Shown here in pieces: positions 1-10,459 of a stretch of DNA of 64,000 bases. The stretch lies in contig OZ244561.1 of NCBI GenBank assembly GCA_965217585.1, forward strand, positions 5,696,001 to 5,760,000. Reading direction: 5' to 3'. Every line of letters begins with the position of its first letter. The first letter of the stretch is position 1. Position numbers and translations under genes: made by a program. The stretch is from Candidatus Latescibacterota bacterium (GTDB lineage: Bacteria; Latescibacterota; UBA2968; UBA8231). Under the pieces are notes generated by a model, which saw only the letters and a program-made list of their open reading frames with translations, was not told the DNA's origin and made no database searches.

Positions 1-1350
1 GGGGGGCAATTTGTAGTAGGCCTTGTGGCTGCCCGGCACGCAGGCAAAACCCCCATCGCCCGCCCGCACATCCCTGAGCTGCCAAGCCACAGTGACCGCC
101 TCGCAATAGCTGCGGCCGTTGTGGTACACATAGCCGCGGCCGGGGTTGAGCGGCTCGTTGGCGTCGTGCAGTGCGTGGCCGCTGGTCCCCTTGACCGAGA
201 CAAAACCCGTCGCTCCGCCCATCCGCCCGCCGCTGCCGCCCATCCAGTTCAGCCGGTGCTCGACCGCCGGATGCGCGACCATCCGCCGAAACGGTTCGCA
301 AGACGGTTGGGGCAGATCCAGTAGTCCATTCAACAAAGGCCGCCCGGTTCCCGCCAAGCTTTTGGACCCCCGTGCCAGCTCTGCGCCGACTTCGATCCGC
401 TCCTCAAAGCGATCCACTGCCTCGTTGGCCGCGGCCAGCCACTCCTCGTCCATCACCCCGCGCAAGACCAGATAGCCGTTGAGATCCCAGAAGTAAAATT
501 CCCGGTAGTCGATGTCGCTGTCTGGATCCACCTGCAAAAGCGACGGGTGAAAAACCTCGGACTCCATCCGCGTCGTCTTGCCATCGGTCACAATCGTCGG
601 CGGCGGCGACGTGGCTTGGTAGCCCGGCTTGTAGAGCGAGGCTTGTTGCACCTCACTCAATTCGGCGTGCCATTCCGGGCGCGGCTCCGCTGCGGTCTTC
701 GGCCCAGTCCCCGCGCTGCGGATCACGCCGCGTCCCACAAATTCATAACTCAACAGCCGCTGACGCCCTTTTCCCTTCCACGGTCGCATCCCCTGCACAG
801 TCGCCAGCCCCACGATCAGCAAATCCCCCGCTTTGAGCGCTGGCTGCAAAACAAGCTCCATATCGTCGGCCCCGGTCGCCACCTCCTCCGGCGTCGCCAC
901 ATTGCCCTTGTGGCTGCACGGCACCAGCACAAAGCCGCCGTCCCCCTCCTCGACATCCTCCAGCGCCCACAGCACCCGCACTCCCTCGCTGAAGCGCCGC
1001 CCATTCTGGAAGTAGTACGCAATGGCTGGATCCCGAGGCTCGTTGCCGCCGACCAGCGGTGCACCCGTTTCGCAAGTCTCCTCGCACCAGACTTCCGGTT
1101 CGCGGTCGAGGATAAACCCCTGACCCACAAGCTGGTTGAGATACCACACCAACGCCGGATGCACCAGCAGGTCGCGGAATGGCTCCCGCGCCTTCTCCGG
1201 CCAGCCTAACATCCCCTCCGTCGCCCCCATGGCGTCGATCTCCCTATTGAGCCGCTCGACCTCCGGCCGAGTCAACGTCCCCGGCACGTGCAAATATCCG
1301 GCCACATCAAAACAGTAATTCTCTTCGTTGGTCATTGTTTCGCGGTCCAT
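1..1350 (-). CDS. Phytanoyl-CoA dioxygenase (PhyH) family protein with two tandem domains; runs off the window edge
   Basis: Not in the ORF track because there is no stop in the window. ATG at 1350 preceded by AAAGGAGG. Translation MDRETMTNEENYCFDVAGYLHVPG...; second domain YFWDLNGYLVLRGV...DGGFACVPGSHK, typical PhyH motifs. Confidence 0.8.
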   Translation of the reverse strand, partial: MDRETMTNEENYCFDVAGYLHVPGTLTRPEVERLNREIDAMGATEGMLGWPEKAREPFRDLLVHPALVWYLNQLVGQGFILDREPEVWCEETCETGAPLVGGNEPRDPAIAYYFQNGRRFSEGVRVLWALEDVEEGDGGFVLVPCSHKGNVATPEEVATGADDMELVLQPALKAGDLLIVGLATVQGMRPWKGKGRQRLLSYEFVGRGVIRSAGTGPKTAAEPRPEWHAELSEVQQASLYKPGYQATSPPPTIVTDGKTTRMESEVFHPSLLQVDPDSDIDYREFYFWDLNGYLVLRGVMDEEWLAAANEAVDRFEERIEVGAELARGSKSLAGTGRPLLNGLLDLPQPSCEPFRRMVAHPAVEHRLNWMGGSGGRMGGATGFVSVKGTSGHALHDANEPLNPGRGYVYHNGRSYCEAVTVAWQLRDVRAGDGGFACVPGSHKAYYKLPP

Positions 1351-1489
1351 TTGGATACCTCCTTTGTCCGGAATCAGCGTCGGTGTTTTAATAGGAGACA
1401 ATATAGCCGCTGCTCCAATCAATCGGCAATGGACACCGCCCCACCGACGCGATATATTACGCCTACCAATCACAACAGGAGAACACGCC

Positions 1490-2833
1490 ATGACTTTGAC
1501 CCCTTGGATTCGCATCGGCCAGCCCTTAGAGGCGGTCATGTCCGACTACGAGCGCATTTTCGACGCCTGGGAACAAGGCGGCATCCGCGGCCTTGTCTTT
1601 GGCCGGCTGGTCTTTGCCGATGAGCAGGGCCAGTCTACCGTCCCCGCGTTCAAGAGCGATCTCGCGCCCTACCAAAAGCGCGGCCTCACAGCCCAACTGC
1701 GCGACGTGCCCCTGCAACCCGACAAGGAAAAGCTCCTGCACGCCATGCTGGCCGACGTCAAAAAACGCGGCTGGACCCTGATGATCTTCTCACCCGCCTC
1801 CGGCACCATTGCCGCCGAGGGCCTGCCGCTGGAGGAGGACCCCTACGGCACTCAGGCACACGCCGCGTCTTGGGAGGACATCTTCGCGGCTTTTCCAGAA
1901 GCCGACGGCGGCATTGTCGATGGCTGGACCGAGTCGCCCTACGAGCTGGCATACCACCACGGCAATGCGGTTTTCCGCCCGCTCAATGACGGCCAGCGCC
2001 GAGAAGCAACGGCTAGAGGCTACGACGCTGAACGCTTGGATCGGGGCCGCCAGCATCTGCTCCAGCGCTTCCAGAGCTTCACTCCCGCCGAAGTGGACTA
2101 CTATGGTGCCCACGGTGTGCTCTCGGAGATGAACCTCTTCGACATCAACGAGGACGCGCTCTACTGGCTGCGCTGGCGACGCGAAGACGGCATCCGCCAG
2201 GGCCGCGAATTCCGCCAAGCCATCAACGAGTTGCCGCGCCAATTGCTCCTCGGCAACGGCCCGCGCTCGGCTGTGTTTTCCGGCATGACTGCGCTCGACT
2301 TCCACGCTTGGGGCCAAATCGTGGATTTGCTCTTGGTCAAGCACTACTTCTGGCATCGCGGCTTCGACGGGATGTACGGCACGGTTGCCCGCTGGGTGCA
2401 GCAGATTCAGGAGTGGAATCCGGCGTTGAGCGAAGCGCAATGCTGGACGGTGCTCCGCGCTTGGCTCGGCATCCACCTGCCCGAGGTGGAGTGCCTAGCC
2501 GATATGGAATTGGGATTTCCGCAGGCGTTTTTCGACGAGGTGGTGCAGGAAGAAACGCGCCGCGCCATCGCCGCGGTCGGCGACCCGCAAAAGATCCTAC
2601 CCTGGGTCGATACCGGACGCATGCCCCACGCCGGCGATCCCATGACTGCCGGCGATCTCTACCGCATCCTCCAAGCTTCAGAAGCGGCCGGGCTCGAGCG
2701 CTTCCTCTTCCACAACCACGCCCACTTGACCGCGGCTGAATGGGCGGTCATCTCGCGGATGTGCGGCACAGCGTGGGACGAAGATCCCGACGGCTATTGG
2801 CCTCCAGCAACGCCCAAACCCGGGACGTTCTAA
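1490..2833 (+). CDS. Hypothetical protein (possibly TIM-barrel / glycoside hydrolase-like)
   Basis: Long ORF with host-like codon usage; AGGAGA RBS before ATG 1490; the fold guess is inference only. Confidence 0.7.
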   Translation: MTLTPWIRIGQPLEAVMSDYERIFDAWEQGGIRGLVFGRLVFADEQGQSTVPAFKSDLAPYQKRGLTAQLRDVPLQPDKEKLLHAMLADVKKRGWTLMIFSPASGTIAAEGLPLEEDPYGTQAHAASWEDIFAAFPEADGGIVDGWTESPYELAYHHGNAVFRPLNDGQRREATARGYDAERLDRGRQHLLQRFQSFTPAEVDYYGAHGVLSEMNLFDINEDALYWLRWRREDGIRQGREFRQAINELPRQLLLGNGPRSAVFSGMTALDFHAWGQIVDLLLVKHYFWHRGFDGMYGTVARWVQQIQEWNPALSEAQCWTVLRAWLGIHLPEVECLADMELGFPQAFFDEVVQEETRRAIAAVGDPQKILPWVDTGRMPHAGDPMTAGDLYRILQASEAAGLERFLFHNHAHLTAAEWAVISRMCGTAWDEDPDGYWPPATPKPGTF

Positions 2834-3069
2834 GCGCCCCAGCTATCCCCGCGCCACACTGACCGTCGCGTCGTCTGAGGATCATCACAGTCTAGGCCGA
2901 ACCGCGATCCGTCGCTAGCTGGTCGTGGTCGAACTGCCGACCCGATCCACCGGCGGAACCCCCGCGAACGTGCTGCGTCTCTGGAAGGAAGGTGTGCCGC
3001 CATCTGCTTGCGATCACCCCGGCATGCCCCACTCAGTTCCCCATACCACCTTATCCAGAGGCCGATCTC

Positions 3070-4659
3070 ATGAACGCAAGCCCCACCTCTCCCTACCGGT
3101 ACGCCGCCCTCGCTGGGCTTCTCGCCGCCCTCTCCCTTGCCGCGTGCTCTTCCCAGCCGATGGCAGTCCCCGCCTCAATGCCGTCCTCCCCAATGGCCGC
3201 CGAGGATTACAGGCACCTCTCTCCCCCCTCCTACTTCAACACCGAGTCGTACGCGTACATCGACGAGAATGACTTTCAGCTCGTGAGCGCGTCGCCGCTC
3301 TCGACGTTCTCGATCGACGTGGACCGGGCTTCATACGCCAACGTGCGCCGGTTCATCCAGCAGGGGGAGCGGCCACCCGTCGATGCGGTCCGCATTGAGG
3401 AGATGATCAACTATTTTCCTTACGAGTGGGAAGAAGTGCTGGGAGAGCACCCTTTTGCCGTCACCACCGAAGTGTGGGACGCGCCCTGGAAACCCGCGCA
3501 CCGGCTAGTGCGCATCGGCCTCAGGGCGCAGTCAATCGACACGGAGAACCTTCCGCCCGGCAACTTGGTCTTTCTGATCGATGTGTCCGGGTCGATGACG
3601 TCCCCTGACAAGCTGCCGCTACTCAAGAAGGCGTTCGCGCTCCTCGTCGAGCAACTCAGGGCCGAGGATCGGGTGGCAATCGTGGTTTACGCCGGTGCCG
3701 CCGGACTAGTTCTACCCTCGACACCAGGGGATGCGCAGGAGGACATTCTAGCCGCCCTGGAAAATCTCCACGCCGGCGGCAGCACCGCGGGCGGGGCCGG
3801 GATCAAGCTAGCGTATCAAATCGCGCGTGAGCACCACATCGACGGCGGCAACAACCGCGTCATCCTAGCAACGGACGGCGACTTCAACGTCGGTCCCTCG
3901 GGCGACGCCGAGATGATCCGACTCATCGAGAAAGAGCGCGAGAGCGGAACGTTCCTGACGGTCCTCGGCTTCGGTACCGGCAACCTGAAGGACTCGAAGA
4001 TGGAACAAATCGCCGACCACGGGAACGGCAACTTCCACTACGTGGACAACCTGTTAGAGGCCAGAAAAGTTCTAGTGGAAGAGATGGGCGGGACCCTCCT
4101 CACGCTTGCCAAGGACGTTAAGGTGCAGGTCGAGTTCAACCCCGCCCGAGCGGCCGGATACCGGCTGATCGGCTACGAGAACCGCTTGCTCGACGAGGAA
4201 GACTTCAACGACGACACCAAGGACGCCGGCGAACTCGGGGCCGGACACACAGTGACGGCACTGTACGAGGTCGTGCCCGTGGGCGTCCCCGTTCCCGGAG
4301 GCACGGTTGACGAACTCCGCTACCAACCGGAGGACGAGGACGACACGGCCGTCGAGAGCGGCTTCGAGGAAGAGCTGATGTATGTCAAGATCCGCTACAA
4401 GGACCCGGACGGGTCGGTGAGCAGGCTGCTGGCGCACACAGTGGCGGACGCGCCCGCCCGCCCGTCCACGGATTTCCGCTTCGCCACCGCCGTGGCGGGC
4501 TTCGGCATGCTGCTCCGCGACTCGCTCTACGCGAGCGACTACACGCTGGAGGATGTCATCGGGCTCGCCGAGCGAGGCCAAGGCTATGACCCCAAGGGCT
4601 ACCGGGGCGAGTTCATCCGCCTCGTCGAGGCGGTGCGGGATCTGCATCTGCTGGAGTAA
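3070..4659 (+). CDS. VWA-domain lipoprotein, YfbK-like (vWF_A + VWA + DUF3520)
   Basis: Lipobox LSLAAC; STFSIDVD.ASY, DVSGSM MIDAS motif, LATDGDFNVG, YRLIGYENR, DAGELGAGH. Confidence 0.9.
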   Translation: MNASPTSPYRYAALAGLLAALSLAACSSQPMAVPASMPSSPMAAEDYRHLSPPSYFNTESYAYIDENDFQLVSASPLSTFSIDVDRASYANVRRFIQQGERPPVDAVRIEEMINYFPYEWEEVLGEHPFAVTTEVWDAPWKPAHRLVRIGLRAQSIDTENLPPGNLVFLIDVSGSMTSPDKLPLLKKAFALLVEQLRAEDRVAIVVYAGAAGLVLPSTPGDAQEDILAALENLHAGGSTAGGAGIKLAYQIAREHHIDGGNNRVILATDGDFNVGPSGDAEMIRLIEKERESGTFLTVLGFGTGNLKDSKMEQIADHGNGNFHYVDNLLEARKVLVEEMGGTLLTLAKDVKVQVEFNPARAAGYRLIGYENRLLDEEDFNDDTKDAGELGAGHTVTALYEVVPVGVPVPGGTVDELRYQPEDEDDTAVESGFEEELMYVKIRYKDPDGSVSRLLAHTVADAPARPSTDFRFATAVAGFGMLLRDSLYASDYTLEDVIGLAERGQGYDPKGYRGEFIRLVEAVRDLHLLE

Positions 4660-4679
4660 CGGACTGAGAGAAACCCGCA

Positions 4680-6137
4680 CTAATCATCCTGCTCTCTTTC
4701 AAGCAAACACCATTCGTACGGACCAGGCCCTGTATGGCAAATCATCTCGGCGATCTGACTACGCATTGACGCAATCCGATTCTGACAATCGGGATGCCCA
4801 GCCATGTTTTTCATTTCACCCGAATCGGTATCTAAGTCGTACAGTTCGTCGATATCGAAACGGTTCCAGATATATTTCCAGTTCCCATCGCGGATCATCA
4901 CGTGGGCAGCGAGCTGTTCCGGCTCTTGCGCGTTATGATAGATCGCGTCGAGGCTGGCAATCTCGGCGAAGATGGGTCGGCGATCAGGTTCTCGTCCGTT
5001 CAGGATTTTCTCCGCTACAGAACGTCCATCAATCGGTGCTGGCGAATTTTCACTTGCGAGGTCGAGTAACGTCGGCATCAGATCGACGCCGGCGAACGGC
5101 GCTGCTACCCGGAACCCGCGCGGCAACTGTTCGGGCCATGAGATTAGGCAGGGCACCTGTGCCGACGCTTCATACATCAAGCATTTCTCCACATAGCCAT
5201 GGTCGCCCAGTAATTCCCCATGGTCACTTATGAAGACGACAATGGTATTGTTGAGCAGATCTCGTTCCTCAAGAGTTCTGAGGATGCGCCCAACTTGCGT
5301 GTCAATGTGTGTGATGAGGGCGTAATAGTACGCCATCACGCGGCGAAATTCCGCGTCAGTTACCGTAGGACGAATGCGGAACTTGCCGCGCGCTTGAAAG
5401 TCGGGCTTGCCTTCAAGTGGATCTCGCAAGGAGGCAGGGAGCGGAATCTGTTCTTCTGGATAGCTCGCTAGAAGCTCAGGCGGAACTAAGATTCTAGGAT
5501 GCGGATCCTTGACACTCGCAAACAGAAAGAACGGGGCATGATCTTGCTGCTCAATAAATTCGAGACTGCGGTCAACCGTCCAGGTCGTCCGTTGCTGCCG
5601 AGGGTCCTCAATGGTACCAAACTCTAGAGTATTTTCGTACAGGGTCATCCCAGGCGCGTCTGATAGATAGAGGTTGGGAACCCCTTCTCGGGCAAAATAA
5701 TCAAACAGCGGATCTGGATATTCGCCCAAATAACGATAGGTGCACCAGAAGTCAGTGAACCCATGTTGCGGAAGGTGATCATCGCCCAGATGCCACGGAC
5801 CAACGATGCCACAGCGATAGCCTGCCGCTTTCAGCACATCGCCGATTGTAATGCAGTTGTCAGGCAGGTAGGAACCGAACTCGCCCTTCCTGCCAGGGCC
5901 GTAATTCCGCAGTTGCAGGTGGGCATGCGGATAAAGGCCAGTCAACCAACTCGCGCGTGCAGGCGAACACACGGGAGAAGCGCAGTACGCGTTCTCAAAG
6001 CAAACGCCATTCGCGGCCAACTGATCGAGGTGCGGGGTCTGCACCGTAGAACTACCCGCGAATCCGGCCGCGTCCCATCGCATCTGATCGCACATAATCA
6101 GCACTATATTGGGGCGTGGGTTCGTCATAATACTCAC
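4680..6137 (-). CDS. Sulfatase (arylsulfatase/choline-sulfatase-like); alternative start at 6128
   Basis: PNIVLIMCDQ, CSPARASWLTG formylglycine motif (CxPxR), SDHGE. Confidence 0.92.
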   Translation of the reverse strand: MSIMTNPRPNIVLIMCDQMRWDAAGFAGSSTVQTPHLDQLAANGVCFENAYCASPVCSPARASWLTGLYPHAHLQLRNYGPGRKGEFGSYLPDNCITIGDVLKAAGYRCGIVGPWHLGDDHLPQHGFTDFWCTYRYLGEYPDPLFDYFAREGVPNLYLSDAPGMTLYENTLEFGTIEDPRQQRTTWTVDRSLEFIEQQDHAPFFLFASVKDPHPRILVPPELLASYPEEQIPLPASLRDPLEGKPDFQARGKFRIRPTVTDAEFRRVMAYYYALITHIDTQVGRILRTLEERDLLNNTIVVFISDHGELLGDHGYVEKCLMYEASAQVPCLISWPEQLPRGFRVAAPFAGVDLMPTLLDLASENSPAPIDGRSVAEKILNGREPDRRPIFAEIASLDAIYHNAQEPEQLAAHVMIRDGNWKYIWNRFDIDELYDLDTDSGEMKNMAGHPDCQNRIASMRSQIAEMICHTGPGPYEWCLLEREQDD

Positions 6138-6241
6138 TTTCTACATACGAGTCGCTGGCGTTTACCGGTACGTATCGGTATAATAAGACCCCTCCGCGCA
6201 GCTAGCGAATCTTCCTATACACAGATACACAGGATCGAACC

Positions 6242-7501
6242 ATGGCCAAAAAACGCGGCAAACAACATCCCATCCGCGTCGGCGTAGTCGGCGTCGGTCG
6301 CGGCCGCTCCTTCATGCAGGCGGCTGCGGCGACCGGCATGGAACTAGTCGCCATTTGCGACATTTGGGAAGAGCGACTCATTGCAGAAGGCAAGGCGCTC
6401 AACGTGCCCACATTCGTCGATTACGACGAATTCCTCGGCTGCGACATGGACGCGGTCGTGCTGGCCAACTACTTCCACCAGCACGCCCCGTTTGCCATCA
6501 AAGCGCTCAACGCCGGCAAACACGTAATGAGCGAAACCGCAGCCTGCCACACCTTGGGCGAAGGCGTGGCGCTGGCGCGGACGGTCGAGAAAAGCGGCAA
6601 AATCTACATGTTCGCCGAGAACTACCCCTACATGGTCTTCAACCAAGAGATGAAGCGGCTCTACCAACAGGGCCGCGTCGGCGAGTTCAAATACGGCGAG
6701 GGCGAGTACGTCCACCCCGACCCACCCGAAGTGAAACTGGCGCGTAGCTGCGGGCGCGACCACTGGCGCAACTGGATCCCCGCCACCTACTACTGCACCC
6801 ATTCCATCGCCCCAGTCATGTACATCACCGACACCCGGCCCGTAAAGGTGAACGGCTTTGTCATCCCCTTTGATTTCGCCGACCCCACCCAAACGCTGCA
6901 CATGAACCGCAGTGACACCGCTGCGGTGATCATCTGCCGGATGGACAACGACGCGGTGATGAAGTCGCTACACGGCGCGTTGCGCGGTCACGGCAACTAC
7001 GTCCGCATCCACGGCAACAAGGGCGTGATGGAAAACTGCCGCCACGGCGACAAACAGCGGCTACGCGTGTGGTACGAACCGTGGGAAAAGCGCCAGAGCG
7101 ATCCGGTCGAAACGGTGTACAGTCCCGACTTCCCCGTGCATCATGGCCTAGCGGCGCGCGCTGGACACGGCGGCGGCGACTTTTTCACCAGCTACCACTT
7201 TGCCGAGGCCATCCGCACCGGCGAGCCGCCCTATCTCGACGTGTACCGCGGCATCGACATGAGCATCGCCGGGATCCAAGCGTGGCGTTCGGCGCTGAAC
7301 GATTCGGCACCGCTGGAAGTACCCGACTTCCGCCGCGAATCAGTGCGCCGAAAATACGCCCAAGACGACTGGTCTCCCGACCCCGAGCGCAAAAAGAAGG
7401 GGCAGCCGCCGAGCAGTGTTTTGGGTGAGATCGAACCGGCCGCTGAGGCGAAAAAGCTAGCGAGCAAAGTCTGGGCAGACCAAGGCTATCTCGGCGATTG
7501 A
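6242..7501 (+). CDS. Gfo/Idh/MocA family oxidoreductase
   Basis: RVGVVGVGRG Rossmann motif, GKHVMSE, YCTHS, GHGGGD. Confidence 0.88.
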   Translation: MAKKRGKQHPIRVGVVGVGRGRSFMQAAAATGMELVAICDIWEERLIAEGKALNVPTFVDYDEFLGCDMDAVVLANYFHQHAPFAIKALNAGKHVMSETAACHTLGEGVALARTVEKSGKIYMFAENYPYMVFNQEMKRLYQQGRVGEFKYGEGEYVHPDPPEVKLARSCGRDHWRNWIPATYYCTHSIAPVMYITDTRPVKVNGFVIPFDFADPTQTLHMNRSDTAAVIICRMDNDAVMKSLHGALRGHGNYVRIHGNKGVMENCRHGDKQRLRVWYEPWEKRQSDPVETVYSPDFPVHHGLAARAGHGGGDFFTSYHFAEAIRTGEPPYLDVYRGIDMSIAGIQAWRSALNDSAPLEVPDFRRESVRRKYAQDDWSPDPERKKKGQPPSSVLGEIEPAAEAKKLASKVWADQGYLGD

Positions 7502-7504
7502 TTC

Positions 7505-7864
7505 TTCACAAAGTGCCCTTGGGACCCTGTATCTGGACTGGAGACACATCAATCTCGTGGATGTCAACGTTGAACCTGCCGGATGCGTTGACTCCTTGCG
7601 CCCAAAGCAGCAGATCAGATGTTCGGTCAGGTACTTGTACTCCTCGAACAGTCCTCCATCCTCAGGTTTGATATACGCGCGCGGATGATACATGTGATTG
7701 TACGTCGTATATGCCCAGCACCCTGCCGCCTTTGACAGGTGCCACCACGGGGACTTCCTGATGCGGGCAGATATTAGCATCTGGGCGTCGCTGTTCCCGC
7801 TCTGCCGAAGATTAATCGGCAATGTACGCCGCTTGAGACCGTCGATTACCAGAGTTTGTGCCAT
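7505..7864 (-). pseudogene. Aminomethyltransferase (GcvT/DmdA-like) pseudogene with internal deletion and 3' truncation
   Basis: N-terminus ...RIRKSPWWHLS...YNHMYHPR...EEYKYLTEH jumps out of frame to SDLLLWAQGVNASGRFNVDIHEIDVSPVQIQGPK, then stops. Confidence 0.75.
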
Positions 7865-7922
7865 ATGAGAACCTCCAGTTGTTTGGTTTTTTATATCAAT
7901 TCGACGCGACGCAACACGGATC

Positions 7923-10391
7923 TCACGCCTTCATCTTCTTGCCTTCCGGGTCGTACAGAGGCTCCTGCGCAACCGTTGCTTGCAGACGCTCGCCAAAGTA
8001 GAGGATGTCAACGCTGGTTCCCTCCTCGGTGTAGTCCATCGGCAGGTAGCCATACGCGATGCCGAGGCCGATCGAGTGGCCGTAGTTGGCGCTCGTCACA
8101 TAGCCCAGCACGCGGTCGCCGTTCAAGATTGGCTCCTTGCCCATAACGACGGCGTTGGGGTCGTCCAGCGTTATACAGCACAGCTTGCGCGTCAGGCCCT
8201 GGGCGCGAATTTTCCTCAGCTCGTCCCGACCCAGAAAATCGCCCTTTCCCATCCTCACCGCGAAACCTATGCCCGCCTCGTACGGATTGTACTCGGTGTG
8301 GATGTCGTTACCCCACAGTCGGTAGCCTTTTTCTAGCCGCAGCGAGTCGAACGCGCCTCCACCTGCCGCGATGACTCCGAGCGGCTGGCCGGCCTCCCAC
8401 AGGACATCCCACAACCGCAAGCCTTGCTCGGTGGGGGCGTAGATCTCCCAGCCGAGTTCGCCCACGTATGAAATGCGCAGCGCCAGTGCGGAAACCTCGG
8501 CTATCCTTAGCGGCTTCGCCGTCAAGTAGGGAAACCCCTGGTCGCTTATATCGTCCTCACAGACCCGGCTCAGCAAGTCGCGCGCTCTTGGCCCCCACAG
8601 GCCGATGCAGCACAGCCCCGACGAGATATCAGCTATCCTAACCGATCCGTCGTCCGCTAGATGCGCCTGAATCCAGCCCAGATCGTGGAGTCCCATAGCT
8701 CCTCCCGTGACCACCATGAAGCGGTTCTCACCGAGGCGCGTCACGGTCAGGTCGCACTTGATTCCGCCCCGAGGTGTGAGCATCGACGTGTACGTGATAG
8801 TCCCGACGGGCTTGTTCATCTGATTGGTAGCAAGGCGCTGGAGCGCATCGAGCGAGCCGGCTCCGGTCACCTCGAACTTGGCGAAGGGAGTGAGATCGAA
8901 CAGGGCAACTCTCTCACGAGTGGCGACATGTTCCGCGGCGACCGTCGGCGACCATTCTCGTGCCTCCCAGCCAGCTCGCGCCACGCCGGTAACGCTAAGG
9001 GAATCGAGCAGGCCCTCGTTCGCGGCGTACCACTGGGGACGCTCCCATCCCGCGTTCTCGAAAAAGACGCCGCCCAATTCCCGTTGGCGCGTATAGAACG
9101 GCGTCAGGCGGAGGTTGCGCGGGTTGGCTATCTGCTGTCGCGGGTGGATGATGTCGTACACCTCGCGGTACTGTTGCGCAGCCCGGGCGCGGACGTAGGA
9201 GCGGCTGTAGGCGTGCGGATGGAAGCGCCTTATGTCGCACTCGCGCAGGTCGCTGGTCGGCTCGCCATTTGCGATCCACTCAGCGACCGCTTTGCCGACG
9301 CCTCCGGCGTGTGTAATCCAGACTGCCTGTGCCGACCAGAAGCCGCGGACTTGAGGCGCTTCGCCGAGTATGGGAAATCCGTCGGTAGTGAACGAGAAGA
9401 TGCCGTTGAACTTGCGCGTCAATCCCACGCCCTTGAGGCTCGGCAGCACTTCTCCCGCCGCCGCCATCGCCTTCTCAAAGTGAGGTGACGTGAACGGCAT
9501 CTCGGCCGGAGCGACCGGCGCTTCCGAGTGGTCGAGAATGTCATTGGCGTCCACTAAGAGGGGTTCGTGCTGGTATGAGCCGATGCCGTAGCACTCGCCG
9601 ACCTGCCGGAAGTACACAGCCTCGTCCTGGTGGCGCAAGAACGGCTGCGATATCTCCTCGGTCGCCCCGGCGAGTTCCCGCAGTGGTGTCGTAACGGCGT
9701 AGAGATGTTGCATCGGCGACAGTGGGATGGGCACATCGGCAAACCCGCCAACCTTTGGGGCCCAGATGCCAGTAGCAGCGACTACCAGGTCCGTCTTGAT
9801 GTCGCCGCGCGTGGTATGGACCGCCGCAATGTGTCCGTCCACGATAGCGAAGTCCGTAACCTTGACATTACTGTAGAACGTGGCACCGTTCCGCTCCGCC
9901 TCTCGCGCCATCGCTTCAGCCGGCCTTGTCGCCTTCGTCTGGATGTCGGAAGGAACATACAGTGCACCCAAAATGCGGTCGGATAACATTGGAAGCCGAC
10001 TGCGTGCCTCATCGGCGCTGAGCAGATGGGCCTCCACGCCCCAACTCATGCCATACCCGGCCTTGCGTTTCAGGTCAGCGAAGCGCTCCTGCGTCCAGGC
10101 CACTTCAAGGCTACCCAAGGTCTTGGCGCATGGCTCACCCTCGAGTTCCAACTGTCGCCACAGGTCAACCGTGTAGCGCGCGAAGCCTGTCATGGTCTTC
10201 GATGGGTTAAGCTGAAAAACGAGGCCCGGGGCGTGCGAGGTCGAGCCGCCAGTCTCAAACAGCGGTCCTTGCTCGACGACAACGACATCCCGCCAGCCGA
10301 ATTTCGTCAGATGGTACGCGACGCTGCAACCGACGATGCCTGCGCCAATAATGACGGCCCTAGCTTGCTGCGGCAATGTGGTATCAGACAT
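7923..10391 (-). CDS. FAD-dependent dimethylglycine oxidase/dehydrogenase-like protein with GcvT domains
   Basis: GAGIVG FAD motif, GGSTSHAPG, GWERP, SYVGELGWEIY, SLRLEKGY. Confidence 0.92.
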   Translation of the reverse strand: MSDTTLPQQARAVIIGAGIVGCSVAYHLTKFGWRDVVVVEQGPLFETGGSTSHAPGLVFQLNPSKTMTGFARYTVDLWRQLELEGEPCAKTLGSLEVAWTQERFADLKRKAGYGMSWGVEAHLLSADEARSRLPMLSDRILGALYVPSDIQTKATRPAEAMAREAERNGATFYSNVKVTDFAIVDGHIAAVHTTRGDIKTDLVVAATGIWAPKVGGFADVPIPLSPMQHLYAVTTPLRELAGATEEISQPFLRHQDEAVYFRQVGECYGIGSYQHEPLLVDANDILDHSEAPVAPAEMPFTSPHFEKAMAAAGEVLPSLKGVGLTRKFNGIFSFTTDGFPILGEAPQVRGFWSAQAVWITHAGGVGKAVAEWIANGEPTSDLRECDIRRFHPHAYSRSYVRARAAQQYREVYDIIHPRQQIANPRNLRLTPFYTRQRELGGVFFENAGWERPQWYAANEGLLDSLSVTGVARAGWEAREWSPTVAAEHVATRERVALFDLTPFAKFEVTGAGSLDALQRLATNQMNKPVGTITYTSMLTPRGGIKCDLTVTRLGENRFMVVTGGAMGLHDLGWIQAHLADDGSVRIADISSGLCCIGLWGPRARDLLSRVCEDDISDQGFPYLTAKPLRIAEVSALALRISYVGELGWEIYAPTEQGLRLWDVLWEAGQPLGVIAAGGGAFDSLRLEKGYRLWGNDIHTEYNPYEAGIGFAVRMGKGDFLGRDELRKIRAQGLTRKLCCITLDDPNAVVMGKEPILNGDRVLGYVTSANYGHSIGLGIAYGYLPMDYTEEGTSVDILYFGERLQATVAQEPLYDPEGKKMKA

Positions 10392-10459
10392 GTCTTCTGT
10401 GTCTCCCGCGTCAGGTCATCGGTCCGAACGATGCCACCACACAAATATGGTGTTTCTCC

